A DNA stretch of 42,612 nucleotides. It comes from Rotaria socialis. Lineage: Eukaryota. The notes under the pieces are model-generated. The model was not told where the DNA came from, did no database searches, and worked only from the letters and a program-made list of their open reading frames with translations. The first letter of the stretch is position 1, and every line of letters starts with the position of its first letter. The stretch covers positions 1-42,612 of the forward strand of contig CAJNYD010000507.1 in the NCBI GenBank assembly GCA_905331295.1, given 5' to 3'. A program made the translations under genes and the position numbers. Positions 1-13,315 of this stretch are shown in pieces.

Positions 1-1312
1 TCTTCTAATGAACACGAAGACCAGATTGATAGGAAGTATAAAGAGTTGATGAATAGATTATCAGTGTTGAATGATAGAGTAGAAAAAACTAGCACTACTG
101 AAATTACTCGTATAATTAAAATACTGCCTTCCCGTTACGTCGAGTGCTTAACTAACTGCTTCAATACATGGTTAAATGAGTGTCATTATCCAGATGACTG
201 AAAAAATCATTACTCTAAATAAGTTAAAATCGGGTATCCCAAAGTGTGAGCAAACTCGACCAAAGTTCCTTGTTAGCTACACATTCAAAGCGGTTTGAAA
301 AAGTGCTCTTACTAAGAATTAGACAATGGGCTGAAACAAATCGTTTAGTACCGCCAGAACAATCTGGTTTCCGCCCAAAATGTCTTCTACCAACTCGAGT
401 ATTCTCGATATATCAGGAAGTGAAAAACAACATGGCAGCTAATATTCCGACGCTTTCCCTATAAATGACTAATAGTTGGCTAAAAGATAGAAAAGCTTAC
501 GTAGAATATGGTGAAATAACTTTGAAAATATTTAGTATAACTATAGGCTGCCGCAGGATAGTAGTCTTAGTTCGTATTTATTTATAGTGTTTCACTCAGA
601 TCTAACAAACTATCAAGGAGCTCATTCATGTCATTTATTTGCAGATGACCTGTGTGTATTAATTAAACCGCCAATAATGAAAGAATTAGGCTCGATGATT
701 GACTACTTAGAAAAAGAAGGTGCACGAGTTTGTAATCAGGTTTTTATGTACTCAAAAAAGTGTAAACAACCGTTAAATGTTTCTAAAACTGTAGTACAAT
801 TATTTCATACACAAGTTAACAGACCGATCGTAAACGTAACAATAGACGGTAACAAAATCGAGTTAGTCAAAGAATTCAAATACCTAGGATTTACTTGGAC
901 GGATAAACTTTCGTTGAAACCAACAGTCGATAAAATCATAGGAAATATTCAGAGATCGCTAGGAAAACTAAAATGGATAAAGTCTGGTCGCAAAATGTCA
1001 TGTAAAGCGCTTCGTCAATGTTTCTTCGCGTACACTTTCCCACATTTCGCGTGGCTATTTCCCCTTTTCCCTCTCCTCTCAGTATCTCAAAAACATGTAT
1101 TAGAACAAACATTTCTTGCTGGTCTTCGGTTGGTGCATCGCTGCCCCTTCATTTCTGCGCATAATCTGCTAAAAGTCACTCCTGAACAGCCCTTACAATT
1201 TTACGTTAAAAAATATATTCAACGCAGATTGAAAACCATGTTCATAACTGAACTTGGTTCTTCTGCCTTCTATGAAGATTTTTCGCACACGTCGTGTACG
1301 GCAATTGAATGA
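1..1312 (+). mobile_element. Decayed non-LTR (LINE-type) retrotransposon reverse transcriptase, with frameshifts, stops and an internal deletion
   Basis: RT motifs lie across broken frames: PPEQSGFRPK, SWLKDRKAYV, LPQDSSLS (GxPQGS-like), HLFADDL (catalytic) and KEFKYLGF. The expected DxxKAFD segment is missing near 460. Confidence 0.9.
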
Positions 1313-1660
1313 TCGACACCAGTCGTTCCTTTTAACGTGGTTGACTTTTGTTGATGCTAATTGATATCATAGAAAGATGCATAAATGTACTGCATTACGC
1401 AAATTTCTTCTTCCTTTTTTTCTCTCGTTCGTTCTTTTAGTTTGTTCTTTTTTTTTCACATTTTAATCGATTTTTCATTTATTTACTCTCCAAATATCCC
1501 TTCAAGCGAAAATTGGTATGCAGCATAATATATTATTGCCACAAATTGTAACGCGTTGCTTAAAATGATGTAGTTTTTCGCTTATACATCTATATTTCTC
1601 TTTTTTTTTACATGTAAGCACTTCCGAGTGTTACATTTATGAGCATAATAATAATAAAAA
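1313..1660 (+). mobile_element. Putative retrotransposon 3' UTR ending in a (TAA)n/A-rich tail
   Basis: T-rich tract after the RT, ending in ataataataataaaaa (~1645-1660). Confidence 0.35.
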
Positions 1661-2209
1661 TTGCGATGTGTGAAAGGAAAAAAGTTGTGGACAAAACGAA
1701 ACTGGATCTGCTACGAAAAATCTTTTTTTATGGTTAACTATCTTTCGAAATTCATACTTTTGAAATATAGCAATACCGAATTAATAAATCCAAAATCAAC
1801 ACTACAAAATGTAGTTAATTTATCAATTCAGTTGTTATTAAAAAAACGCGCAGATTGAGTACATAGTGTGCTTGAAAATAGCATAAGCGAAAGCCACTGA
1901 AAAACTATATCGACTCTATTCTAGAAAAGCAATCCAATAATAAGCTATAACTTGTAATTCAAGTGATGATCTTATTGCTCGTAGATAATTATCGTGTACA
2001 GTTCAGTTTGAATACATTTTGCTCATAATAATCTTCCATAACATGCTTATTTGTATATGATCCATTTTTGTTTTGTTCTTAACCGATAGAGAAAAAACGA
2101 CGAGACGATCTAAAGGTAAGAATGAAGATGATTCTATAGCTATTTAAAAAATGATTCTGTTTTATGATAAGATGATTTTAGTTTTCTGTGTAACTATAAT
2201 TTAATGTTA

Positions 2210-4049
2210 GCTTGTCACTCTTCAGATGGCTGCAAGTAAATATACATTTCTGTTATAATAATTTTCATCGTGTATTTTTGCATAAGCATATTGTTGATAT
2301 TCAATTGAAATGCATTAATCCTTATCGGCATATAAAAGTGGTTCATTTGAATAATTGGGGAAAAGGAGAAACAAACTGTATATTTTAACAATTTGTTTGT
2401 AATGGTTTGATAAAATCAATATTGAATTTTCAGAAGTAGCTGGGATAACTGCATAATTAGAGTTCAAAATCAAATTTCAATATGCATATTGCAAGTTTTC
2501 CAAAACAAAACAAAAATAACGAACACCTAAATTAAAACAGACGACTTATTAATAATTGATGAACATGGACATATTAAAAACAAATAATATTGAAATCCTT
2601 GAGTAACTCAACGAAAACACGATTACCTGATTTTTATAATCACATAATGAAGTTCTTCATCGACGTTGTGAGCAAATTTTACCTCGAAGTAATTCCGAAG
2701 TAAGAAAAATAATTCTTAAGCCAATTAGTGTTGAATATTTATTTTAGCATGAAACTCTTCTACAATAATAAAAAAAAACTTTCTGATATTATTTGCTCTA
2801 CTATTCAACATAATATCATTAAAAATTGGTATCGAAATTTGAACTTGTGCTCGGGTTTGGTAAATGTATATTTATGATTATGAAAATGGAATTCTTATCT
2901 TCAAAATGCTTTTTCGCAAATCTGATACCAATTTGTTTTTGATCAGATACGAATACAAGCCTGGTCCCACACATTGACAACATCTTCATAAAAAATATTT
3001 ATCGTGTTTTGATCTCATAAGAGTTATTATTTTGTATTATCGATGAAAACAAATTTTCATCAGATTTGATAATTTACAGATCTGTTTCATTTGGAGAAAT
3101 AGCTTGTACAAATAAGTGATTAATTTCAAGAATAAAACTTGAAATAGAAATTGTTGAATTGTATTCAATATCTGATAATGGTTTCTACGTGTTTTTGGTA
3201 AGAATATTAAAAATGGCCAATGTTCGCAAAATAGATCTAAATAAAATCTGTTATTAACATTTTAGTGTTTTCTTAGTCGAATTTAGTTGTCGAGTTGTTT
3301 TATATTCGACGTTCTTACTTAGAACTTGATCAGAGTAGAAAAGAAATTTTAAACGAAATACCTTTCACACCACACATCGTTTTGCACAATTTTTTCGTAT
3401 ATTATTAATAATACCATAAAATAAAGTTCAAAAAATATAGTTAAAGCTTTTTAATTTAATGGAATTCATGTGCTAGTCTTTAGTTGATAGCCTTTCGAAC
3501 TATTTATAGAGATGAAGAATTATTAGTACGAGTCATCAACTTATATGGAAGCAAATTACAGAAACGTAATTATCAATAAAAAAGTAAAGACAAAAATAGG
3601 TTTACTAATGTGAATCTCGCACAGGAGTTAATTAATTATTCAGGTAAGTTGATCGTTTTTTTTACAAACTCGATTAGGCTGTGATTAACATATTTTAAAA
3701 GTACATCAGCATTTCTTTTTATCTTTCTATATATATACATAAATAATAAAATCATCTTTGTTTTCTGTAGATAGTCATTGAAACACCAACGACGATCTAC
3801 GAAAGAAAGAATTCAATTCCTTTTAAATAATTAATAGTCATATACTTACAAGGCAGCCAACGAGTCCTTTCTTTATATCATTAATATCAGAATGTACATC
3901 ATTGATGCCCATACTTTTAAAACAGTAACAGTAGCAGTTAATTGTTCAATACTGCTTGTTAAGTTCTGCAACTGACGCCCAGTTCAGACATTTGGTCCAT
4001 TACTAGCAGATGATGATGGAGAGGAACGAGATTCATTTTTATCTGACAT
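2210..4049 (-). pseudogene. Degraded multi-exon coding remnant, possibly transposon-derived
   Basis: ttttctag|atctcttaat-ATG at 4049 reads MSDKNESRSSPSSSASNGPNV*TGRQLQNLTSSIEQL.., followed by a gtaagt donor near 3849. Further stop-interrupted coding-like stretches lie at ~2860-3230 and ~2210-2470. Confidence 0.3.
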
Positions 4050-4586
4050 ATTAAGAGATCTAGAAAAACTTAACGAAGAATAAGACCAAGTTCAACATAT
4101 CTAATAGAAAAAGTATCATAAAGCTTCCAAGGTATATATTGTTCTATTTAGATTCAAAAACATATTTTTTATATGTATTTGTTATTATTAAGTTCAAATA
4201 AAAAACATTTTCTGATAAAATTATGTAAAAACAAATCGTTTATCTGATATTTGGTGCGTCTACACGATGTACACACCCTTTGTGTATATTTCATGATATC
4301 ATTTTTACAAAGTATCTAATATGTATATCTACTCCTACTCCTACGCCTTACACATTCTGTTTCTTGAGTCAGAAAAAATGACATTTAGATAATTTAATTA
4401 AGCATATCAATGGTTAGAACTTAATTTATTTAATAAATCATATATATATGACAGATATTCACACATCATAGAAAAAAAAGCCTAAATTAGATAATGAAGA
4501 ATTCTATTCTTTAATCTTCTACGTAGATATGTGTTTTTCAATATTAATTTTGCTGGCAAAATTAGTGCCTAGTAGTATCTGACAGT

Positions 4587-6518
4587 TCATAGCTTGTTAT
4601 CGAATATAATATGTCTAAATAAATTGTAATATGAATAATTTTTAACAGTGAATAGAAAAACGTCATTCTTACTTTAATGCAGGTATTAGTTTCGGTTCTT
4701 GATAAATGAGTGAATGTCCATAACCCTTACTATGGAATGAAACCATATCAATTGTAAAATGAAATAATTTCTTCTCTTTTTTATTATGATCACGAGCAGT
4801 TAAACCAGCTTGCAATAATTGTTTACTATGTGCATAAGGTATCGTATAATCATCGTCGGAATGTAAAAGTACGCATGGACAATTAAGATTTGATAAATGA
4901 CCACGTGTGTGAAATGCGAGTTTACTTTTAGCTAAAGCTTTTTCAGTTAGTCCATAGTACCATGGTTGCCAACGAAATAACTACAAGAATTTGAAAAAGA
5001 AAACAATATTAAATCAAAAAGTAGGTGTTTTAAAAGACTCATTTACTAGTGCAAGATAATGTGTTTGTAAAGCTTGATGAATATTTATAAATGGTGCTTC
5101 CATCACAATACCAGCAAGAGTTTTACCTAAAAGACAAAACGAACGTTAAGAAACAATCTACAGATGAGTAAGTGCATACTTTCATCATCTGATAATCGTG
5201 CTGCTAATTGGCAAGCAACGGCTGAACCCAATGATTGACCCCAAATGTAAATTTTTCTTTGGCCATTAGTTATATTATGTATCCAATCGTAAACATAACG
5301 GGCATCTTTAATCAAACCTTCTTCTGTTGGTTCACCAGTCGAATCGCCATAACCGCGATAATCAAACGTAAAGACATCATATTTCAATTCTTTACGTAGT
5401 TTTTCACATATTCCACGTCGAGTAAATAATGAACTACCAGAACCAAAAAAGAAATTAATTTTTCCTGAATAAATTCTTTTATTTTAATACCGATCAAAAG
5501 CATTGCCATGAAAATAAATAATTATTGGAATAGTGGATGGTTGTGATGCAAAATGCTTTTGAAAATAATCTTGATCTGTAGTATATGATTGATCTTCGAC
5601 AAGTGGAGAACGATAATGCCTAACAGTATAGAAATTGTTAACAAAAAAATATAGAAATATATTAAATAGTTCTATTCATCAGTTTTCACGTATTGAATGA
5701 ACGATTTTGGAGAAACCCTTTTACAAATTCTGTTGTTCTGAGTTATGTACCATAGATTTTTGTCTACTACCTATTGGTCCCGTTGCTTCAAATGTGCTTT
5801 ACAAAATTTCTTTGATCTCAATAGCCTCTCTGAAACTGTTCAATCTATTCGCAAAGTCTAATCTATTATTTTGCGCACAGAATGCGAAATTATCATAGAG
5901 AAAATAAGACAACCAATATTTTATCTAGAGTTAATTTTCTAGGCGATCGATTTAAAACACTGAAATATCATATTTCTGATGTCGAGAGAGTAAAAGTCTA
6001 ATGCGAGTTAAAGTTTTAAATGGAACCAATCTTTGAAGTAGCATCAACACTTCAATCTCTATTATGGATAAAACATTTAGAAGAAAGAAAACGATATCAT
6101 TGAGCTGCAATAATTGTTTCCTTCAAGTTAAATAGCCTACCAAACGCCAACGCGGACTGTAGGTTCAACATTCAAATAAAAGTTGAACACACGATCAAGA
6201 CCAAACTTTTCTGGTTGAGTGAAATTAATACCTGGCTTAACTAGACAGAAAACAAATCGTCAGTATTTATATAGAATTATGTTATATCTTACGAAAATTC
6301 AAAAATACAATATGACCAATACTCGTTGGATGAACAATAAGAATGATTGGTAAAATCAATGAAACTAGTATATATAATCCAGCTATGCTAAGACTGATTT
6401 TAGTGAAAATTGTACTAATTGAAAACGAAAATAAATAAAACATAAAAATCTATCAACATTTGCTTCAAGTAGTTTACCGAAATTTTGGCCACCTACGACT
6501 CGGACTTTGTTCAGTCAT
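4587..6518 (-). CDS. ABHD12: ABHD12-like alpha/beta hydrolase (lysophosphatidylserine/monoacylglycerol lipase family), copy A, multi-exon
   Basis: Spliced reading gives MTEQSPSRRWPKFR, a TM helix, HIVFLNF, VRVGVWH, YFHGNA, FDYRGYGDSTGEPTEEG, nucleophile GQSLG, MEAPF, LLHSDDD and GYGHSL. Stop TGA at 4587-4589. Confidence 0.88.
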
Positions 6519-6693
6519 ATTTGACAAAAGAATCTACAATACAAAAAAATACTTTTTAATGTTTCGAATTTAAGACAAAAACTAAATAGACATGAATTTT
6601 CATTAAAAAAATAGTTAATAGAAAAAGACAAAGAGATTCTTCAATTAGTTGAGTTATGCTTTACAAAATATTTGATAATTTTAGTTCAGATTT

Positions 6694-8660
6694 TTAAGAT
6701 AATGATAAAGCTCTCAGGAATGAAATGTCACTAAAACGAAAAACAAACATATTTCATCTTAATAGGACGATCACTTTCTTTCTTCATTTACCTAACTAGT
6801 TCTTCAAACTTTGGATATGAATAAATATGATTATGTCCACAATTTGCTGAACGTGGAACAGTTATGAAACGAATGGCAGGAAAGTTTTTATCACGATGAA
6901 TGCTGATATAATCTTCAATCTGAATACAAAGAAAAAACATGATGGACTTGCTTTGACAAAAGAAAATGGCTATCAATATACGTACCAATTGAACATGATG
7001 GTAAGGTATAATAGCATCATCTTCAGAATGAATGATTATAATTGGCAACGGAAGCAATGAAATACTTGAAGTAAGAAAAATTTCATTAATGCATGGCTAA
7101 ATTTTTATTATTTATATACATTTCATTATTTGGAAAATTGATTTTCACCGCTGCTAAAGAATCAAGCGCAGCTTGCATAAAATACGGATTCATTTTTAAT
7201 ACCTAAAAAGAACGTCATTCAAATTTGTAGCTAAATCAACAAAATGCGTACTCTCGTAATCGGATACGAAACAAGAGCTTCAACAGTATTGTAAAATGGT
7301 GCCTCGAGTACTAAACCTGATGGTTGTTTTAAAGCTGTAATATTTAAAGCAGATAAAAATTTCATTCTTAAAAGAAAGAATTTTCTATACGAGGGTTATT
7401 TTGAAGTAAAGTACGCATCGTCCATAATGCAACACCAGTACCCATCGAGTGACCCCATAGAGTTATCGGATTTTCAGGACAAACTTGTCGAATTACATTA
7501 AAAACATGTATTACATCATGAATAAAACCGTGTACACTTGGTGTGCCAGTTGAATCTCCATAACCACGATAATCAAGAGTGATTATGTGATTACCAAAAG
7601 CGCTCATAACTCGATAATGATTTGAGCGATAATGTGTTGCTCTAAAATCGATGTTTTATTTAATTTAATTTTTTGATTCTAATATTCATTCACCTTGTAC
7701 CATCTTGTCCATGTAAATATATAATGATAGGAAAGTCAGTGGATTTTATATATTGTTTGAGATGATCAGCAAGTGTTGGTAAACTATGATCAATTGCGAC
7801 AGTGGATGGTAATATATACCTAGATAATAGAGAAATCGGCATTGAAATTGACTTTGAAGTTAAGATTTCGAAAAATTCTTAAAACATGCTTATGTATTAG
7901 CGTGAGTCATACTCGTTGTCTGATCTAGTCAGAAGTAGATTAATCATATTTTTGACTGATAAATTCTTTTTTGCTCTGTTTTTAAACAATTGAATCAATT
8001 ACTATATTCAAATTGGTCTATATTTGTTTCGTTTACGAATGAATATGTTTTTACATTACCATATGTGTACAAAGCATATATTTGTCTTGAGAAAAGAAAA
8101 GATTTAAATGCTAATTAAATGGCCTATATCTAGCTCCTATTTATGTTGTACATAGAAAAAAACGCCGATTCTTGATCTTAGTAGTCTAAATATAAACTAG
8201 ACCCAATCTTAGCTCCAAATAGGATGAGATATTCCCATCTCCTTCCATTCGGAGCTTTGAACCGAACTTACCATATTCCAACTTTAACATTCGAGTCTGT
8301 TTGTTCATAAACATTGACAGCATTCAATTGGAATGCATCTGGTTTCGTCAAATCAATCCATGGATAATATCGAGCTATTCAAAAGAGCTAAATATAGTTA
8401 AAATTCAACGAAATAATGATAATATTTACACCAAGTTTGAAAAAACATTTTAGTTAAAATAACATCTCCATATAAACGAAGAATAACCGGACTTAGTGAA
8501 ATCAACGAAGCTATCACCATAATCATCGTAACAATCCATCGTTTGAAACTGGATAAAAAAACGAATATTAGAAAAGCTAAGAAACACGTAAGCATTTATT
8601 GTTTTACATTTTTATCAACAGCGACAATGTCGGCGTGCGAACATTTTTTTCTACATGCAT
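6694..8660 (-). CDS. ABHD12: ABHD12-like alpha/beta hydrolase, copy B, multi-exon
   Basis: ATG 8660 (MHVEKNVRTP..) splices to FKRWIVTM plus a TM helix. Motifs: YLHGQDG, LDYRGYGDSTGTPS, GHSMG, LEAPF, IIHSEDD, CGHNHIY. Stop is at 6694 if the last intron is spliced, otherwise 6788. Confidence 0.85.
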
Positions 8661-8760
8661 TGATCTAGAAAAAAAAGGAAGGTTAATTAAATACTGTTTT
8701 CCGAAAACCAATTTTTATTAATATTTTTACTAAAAATATGACTAAAAACATAGATTTCTT

Positions 8761-10430
8761 CTAAATTGCTTTTAAAATAAAATTAGGTATGTCAAAGGTT
8801 TGATCATCGCTGACAACAATATCATAAGCACTCTTATAAACTTCTAATTTTTCAGGTGTACTACGGTTTAAAAATCCAATTTTGAGTATTTGTTTTAAAT
8901 TTTTCATACCAGCGATCATGCCAACATCGCCAAGTGTATCACCTAATAGAATAACATTTGGCCGATTTAAAATAGATTTGAAGTACGGCGTATCATGAAT
9001 TTCATGTTCATTTTTATTAAATGAATGAATAAGTTTTTTACTGAACGCTACTAAATTTCCATTGGTATCGTATTGAATAAAATTTGAAATAATTTGTGAT
9101 AATTCATGATTAAGTGCAAATTCAGGGATTTCTTTTTCAAGAAAAATTTCAATAACGTCGCCTAAAACAGAATAATTATCTATCAGAATCATCAATCAAA
9201 AAGAATATATTTACCTAAACCAGCTGAGAAAACAAGAATCGGCGTTTCACTACGTAATAGTTCTGTAATAAATTCTTTTACTCCTTTTTTCAATTCCAAT
9301 TTTGATTTATAAACTAGAGCGCGTATCATTGGTTGATTTAGATTTGATAACAAAAGCAGAGCTTGTGCTTTCCGCCACCATTCAATCATATGAGGAATTT
9401 TTTCATCAATATTCATACAGACATCATGTTCGATTGACTGATAATATGAACGCAATTGATCTGCTTGAACACGCAGTAATGAACCATCAGGTAACTAAAT
9501 AAAATCAAACTTAAGATTATTTTATTGATTAATTCGTTCTTCACTAAAATTTAACTATCGATGTTGCAAAACGAATTTTGTCTCTTTCTAATCATTGGCA
9601 TATAATCAGCACCGGTATTTGTATAAAAAATAATAAGCAAAAAGCTTGAAATATATTCACTAAAAACTTAAAATACGATTAATCAATTGAAATGAAGGGA
9701 AAATCAATGAGATTTGCTTGACACTTTCTTCGATTGAGTAGCTGATATATCTAGTTCATTCAAGCGCTTTCAAAAATAAATATTTGACAACGAAGAATTC
9801 ATATTGTTTTTATTTCAAACATATTGTACTCGTAATGGTTGTATATATAGAGTGATCGTCTAAACAGTACTAAATATTTGTCACATTTCGTCATCGTGTT
9901 ACTTTAGCTCAAATTGATTTATATCTACAAAATGAGTAGAAATCTAGAAGATGGAATTTTATATTCACTCTCTTATCAATATCTGCTAGATACGTTTATT
10001 TATCTTTTATTTGCTTTTGAATCGGTCAATAAATATTTTCGAAAGAGAAAATGAAATGCATACTTCATTGTAGAATTTTGAACGAATATTCTGCTATTCA
10101 TATGATGCAAAAGAAATCTTGATGAAACTTTCTCTTTCAGATGATATCATCTTATTAGCACTATTGAAATAGTAAATGCATATTAAAACAAAAATGTAAT
10201 TAAACTCTTACTTTAACTCGATCATCACTTTCAATAACAGCAAACGTCGATGGTAAAATAACTGCATCTTTTTCATACATAGTTAATGTATAATCAAAGT
10301 CAGCTACAACATGTAGCATTTTTCGTCCATCACTGATTAATGAGCGAATAGTTTGTTCAACATAAGCGAGTTTATCATTATGCACATGAACATGTGAATT
10401 ATTTTTAAGGAGATTTTCAATAAAATTCAT
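8761..10430 (-). CDS. NT5C3: Cytosolic 5'-nucleotidase III family (HAD superfamily), 3 exons
   Basis: HAD motif I VVADFDYTLT, plus EKIPHMIEWW, VFSAGLG, IHSFNK, NVILLGDTLGD and LKIGFLN. Confidence 0.92.
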
Positions 10431-10543
10431 TTATCTAGAAAAACAAATCAAAAAAATTACAAAATAAGTATTACGATATAATTTTTTCACTATAAAAACA
10501 CAGCGATAAAAAAATATTAGAGCACCGGACGAAGTTTTCATAA

Positions 10544-13227
10544 TTACAGAGCGGTTGTTGTTATTACACTATCATCTTCATCTTCATCGCTATGAACTCT
10601 ATTGTATCGTTTCTTCGATTCTAATATTAATGTTAATAATGCTCGGTAATTTTCAAATAACTGCACACGAACAAAATTTTCATCTCTATACAATTTAGTC
10701 ATCATAGTATCGAACGACTCAAGTTCAGGTAAGCTGAATAGATTCCATTGAAGAATCATATCCTTATTTGATGCTGCTTGCGAGTAAACTTGCAAAAATG
10801 ATGGAATTGGCCGTTTTAATAATGGATTTGGAGGAACAATAGGTTGTTTCGCCGACTCGCGGTTACTTACAGGAAAACTAAAAGAAAAGAAAAAACGTTA
10901 ACCATTGTTTCGTTTTTAATGTTTCTCTTAAATTTACTCTGATTGTCGTTGAAGCCGTGTTTGTTTACGTAAATATTTTTCTCGTTTATCAGTATCAGCT
11001 GAATCATTAGAACTTTCTTCTTCTTCATTAACCGTATCAGTTGTATTTAGATGAGTCTTTAGTCGACGATGCATTTTTTCCATTGATTGGCCTGCTTCTT
11101 CAACACTTTTTCTAGTAAAAAAAAGTAGAACATGTAATTGACTGAACATTATTAACATCGGCTCTTTATGATTGACATATGAGACTCACGTATTCCGCAT
11201 GAGGTAGAAAATATTATTTATTATTTGAAATATGTCAAATACGACAATAAAAATTTTCTTGTTTTCTTCTAATCCTTTTCCAATATAATCAAATTGTTAT
11301 AAACTGTTTAATGTATAAAACAAAATAGCGTAATTGTGATTGATAACAATATTTAAACAACTGATCTGTACTTGTAATTGCTATGAGAGCTTTTTCAATG
11401 AATTTGAACTTACAGCTTACACATTCATGCGATAGAAGAACGAAAATCATATAAGATGTCTACTCAGTGTTGCCTTCGAAAATCTATGTTAGGCTCATCG
11501 AAAATTTTATGTACGTATTCTTACTTAACAGGATCACTGAATGCTTTACGCTTTTGATTTCGACGTCTCCCACCATCTTTACCATAAAGTAGACGAGAAA
11601 ATTCACGATCAAAACCAGCTTGTGGTGGACTCATGGGAGAATAATTTGGACGATTCATTGATGATACTGCTGAACGTGAACGTTCAATATTTGATGTTGG
11701 TAGTTCATAAGATGGAGGAGGTGGTCGAACTGAAGTATTCGCCATAATCGATGAAAGAGGTGTTGGAAGAGTCCCATATGAATTCACTGGTAACAGATGT
11801 TGAGTCATCTGAGATTCGGTATACATCTGTTTCGTTATCAACGAGGGTGCAGAAGGACGAAGCAAATGTTGACCTAGACTATTTGCTAATACAGAAAGAA
11901 TACATATTTTCAGGAATGAATAACTTATTCATACCTGATGGTGGTGGTCGATGACCACTAGCAACGCTAACTGAATAAGATGGAGGCGGTGGCCGATTTC
12001 TACTTTGTTCATTTAATAGAAGCGGCGGTGGAGCTGAAGATGGAGACATAAGTAGTTGATTAGTTTGAGAAGTATTCCATATTAGTGGTGATGGGTGCAT
12101 ATAAAAACTCATATTATTATTATTATTATTATTATTACTTGAATGAACCGATGTTTCTTCTGGTGGCGGTTGTGTTTCGATAGTTGTTGATACTTTAATT
12201 TTAGAATAATAAGTTGCTAGAATTTCATCGACTGTTAATGGTGATTTTGAATTTTTTTGTTGTTGTTGATGATGATGATAATGATGATCTTGTATCTTTG
12301 GTTCTTGTTTAGATTCATCGCGTTGTTGTACTTTTGGAACAGCATTATGTTGCTCGAGCAATTGTTCAAGTGACGGTGAATAATAAAGACGTTCTTTATT
12401 TGCTTGATGTTTAGAAGTCGATTTATTTATTGGTACTGAAGATGCCACTGGTTTTAAATCCGATTGTGCATCAATAATCAAGGATTTAACGTTTGTATGA
12501 TAAGATTGTTTATCATCATTAGTATGTGTTGATGTTAAATTTGTATACGATCGAGTTGATAGAACTCTCGGAGATACAATTTCTTCAGTCACTGTTGGAG
12601 CATGCATTTGATGTGATGTAGATGATGTTGTTGCCTGTCGTAATTGACCAAATGTAATTGGCTGTGATATAGGTTCAATATATGATGGTAAAGGTTTCGG
12701 TGCTGTTGGAGGTGATGCAGCTCCAGTATTGCCACCTCGTATTTTTAATGTTTCAAGCATTGTTACAATACGTCGATGAAATAATCTTGAATGAATACGT
12801 GATGAATCGATAGCTGTCACTTCAGATGAATTTAATTGTGTTGGATCATTTGTTGATGGTTTTGTTACATTTGAAATATGTTCATTGCCATTGTTCATTG
12901 GTGTTGGCAAAGATGTTATTGATGATTCGGAAGAAGCAAGTAATTCAACCATTTTAGAATTAAATCTATTTTTATTAGTACCAGATCGAAAGCCTATTTG
13001 ATATAGAGATTTATTCGAACTATTATTTACGTTAAATATTATTATAATTATTATTACTATATAATCTATGTGAACTTTCAAAAAAAAAAAGAACTCTAGT
13101 TTCTCTAGCTTTATCAAATATATCTACTATAATTTGAATACAAACCAGATGCTGATGGTGTATCATCTCGTGGAATAAATTTTCCTGGAATATTACTTTG
13201 AAGGGAAACTTCCTTCTTTTTTGGCAT
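10544..13227 (-). CDS. SAV1: Salvador-like Hippo-pathway scaffold with C-terminal SARAH domain, 5 predicted exons, no WW domain seen
   Basis: N-terminus MPKKKEVSLQSNIPGKFIPRDDTP resembles the Salvador N-terminal GKY-type motif. C-terminus VPPNPLLKRPIPSFLQVYSQA..DMILQWNLFSLPELESFDTMMTKLYRDE..FENYRALL resembles the Salvador pre-SARAH and SARAH sequence. Intron phases are consistent. Confidence 0.78.
12112..12137. repeat. (ATT)n microsatellite encoding poly-Asn in the Salvador-like gene
   Basis: The tattattatt.. run gives NNNNNNNN on the minus strand. Confidence 0.85.
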
Positions 13228-13315
13228 AACGTAATATCTAGAATGTATAAAAAAACATTTAAATTTCTTTTTCTCTTTTTTGGTTTATTAGATTATAGCA
13301 TATTTTTATTAAATC

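Noticed and set aside
1664..3379. Imperfect inverted match cgatgtgtgaaagg (1664-1677) versus 3361-3379 as possible TIRs
   Set aside because: The match is short, needs a gap, and has no evident TSD.
3984..3986. In-frame TGA as selenocysteine or readthrough
   Set aside because: Further frameshifts and stops follow, and no SECIS is evident. Decay is the simpler explanation.
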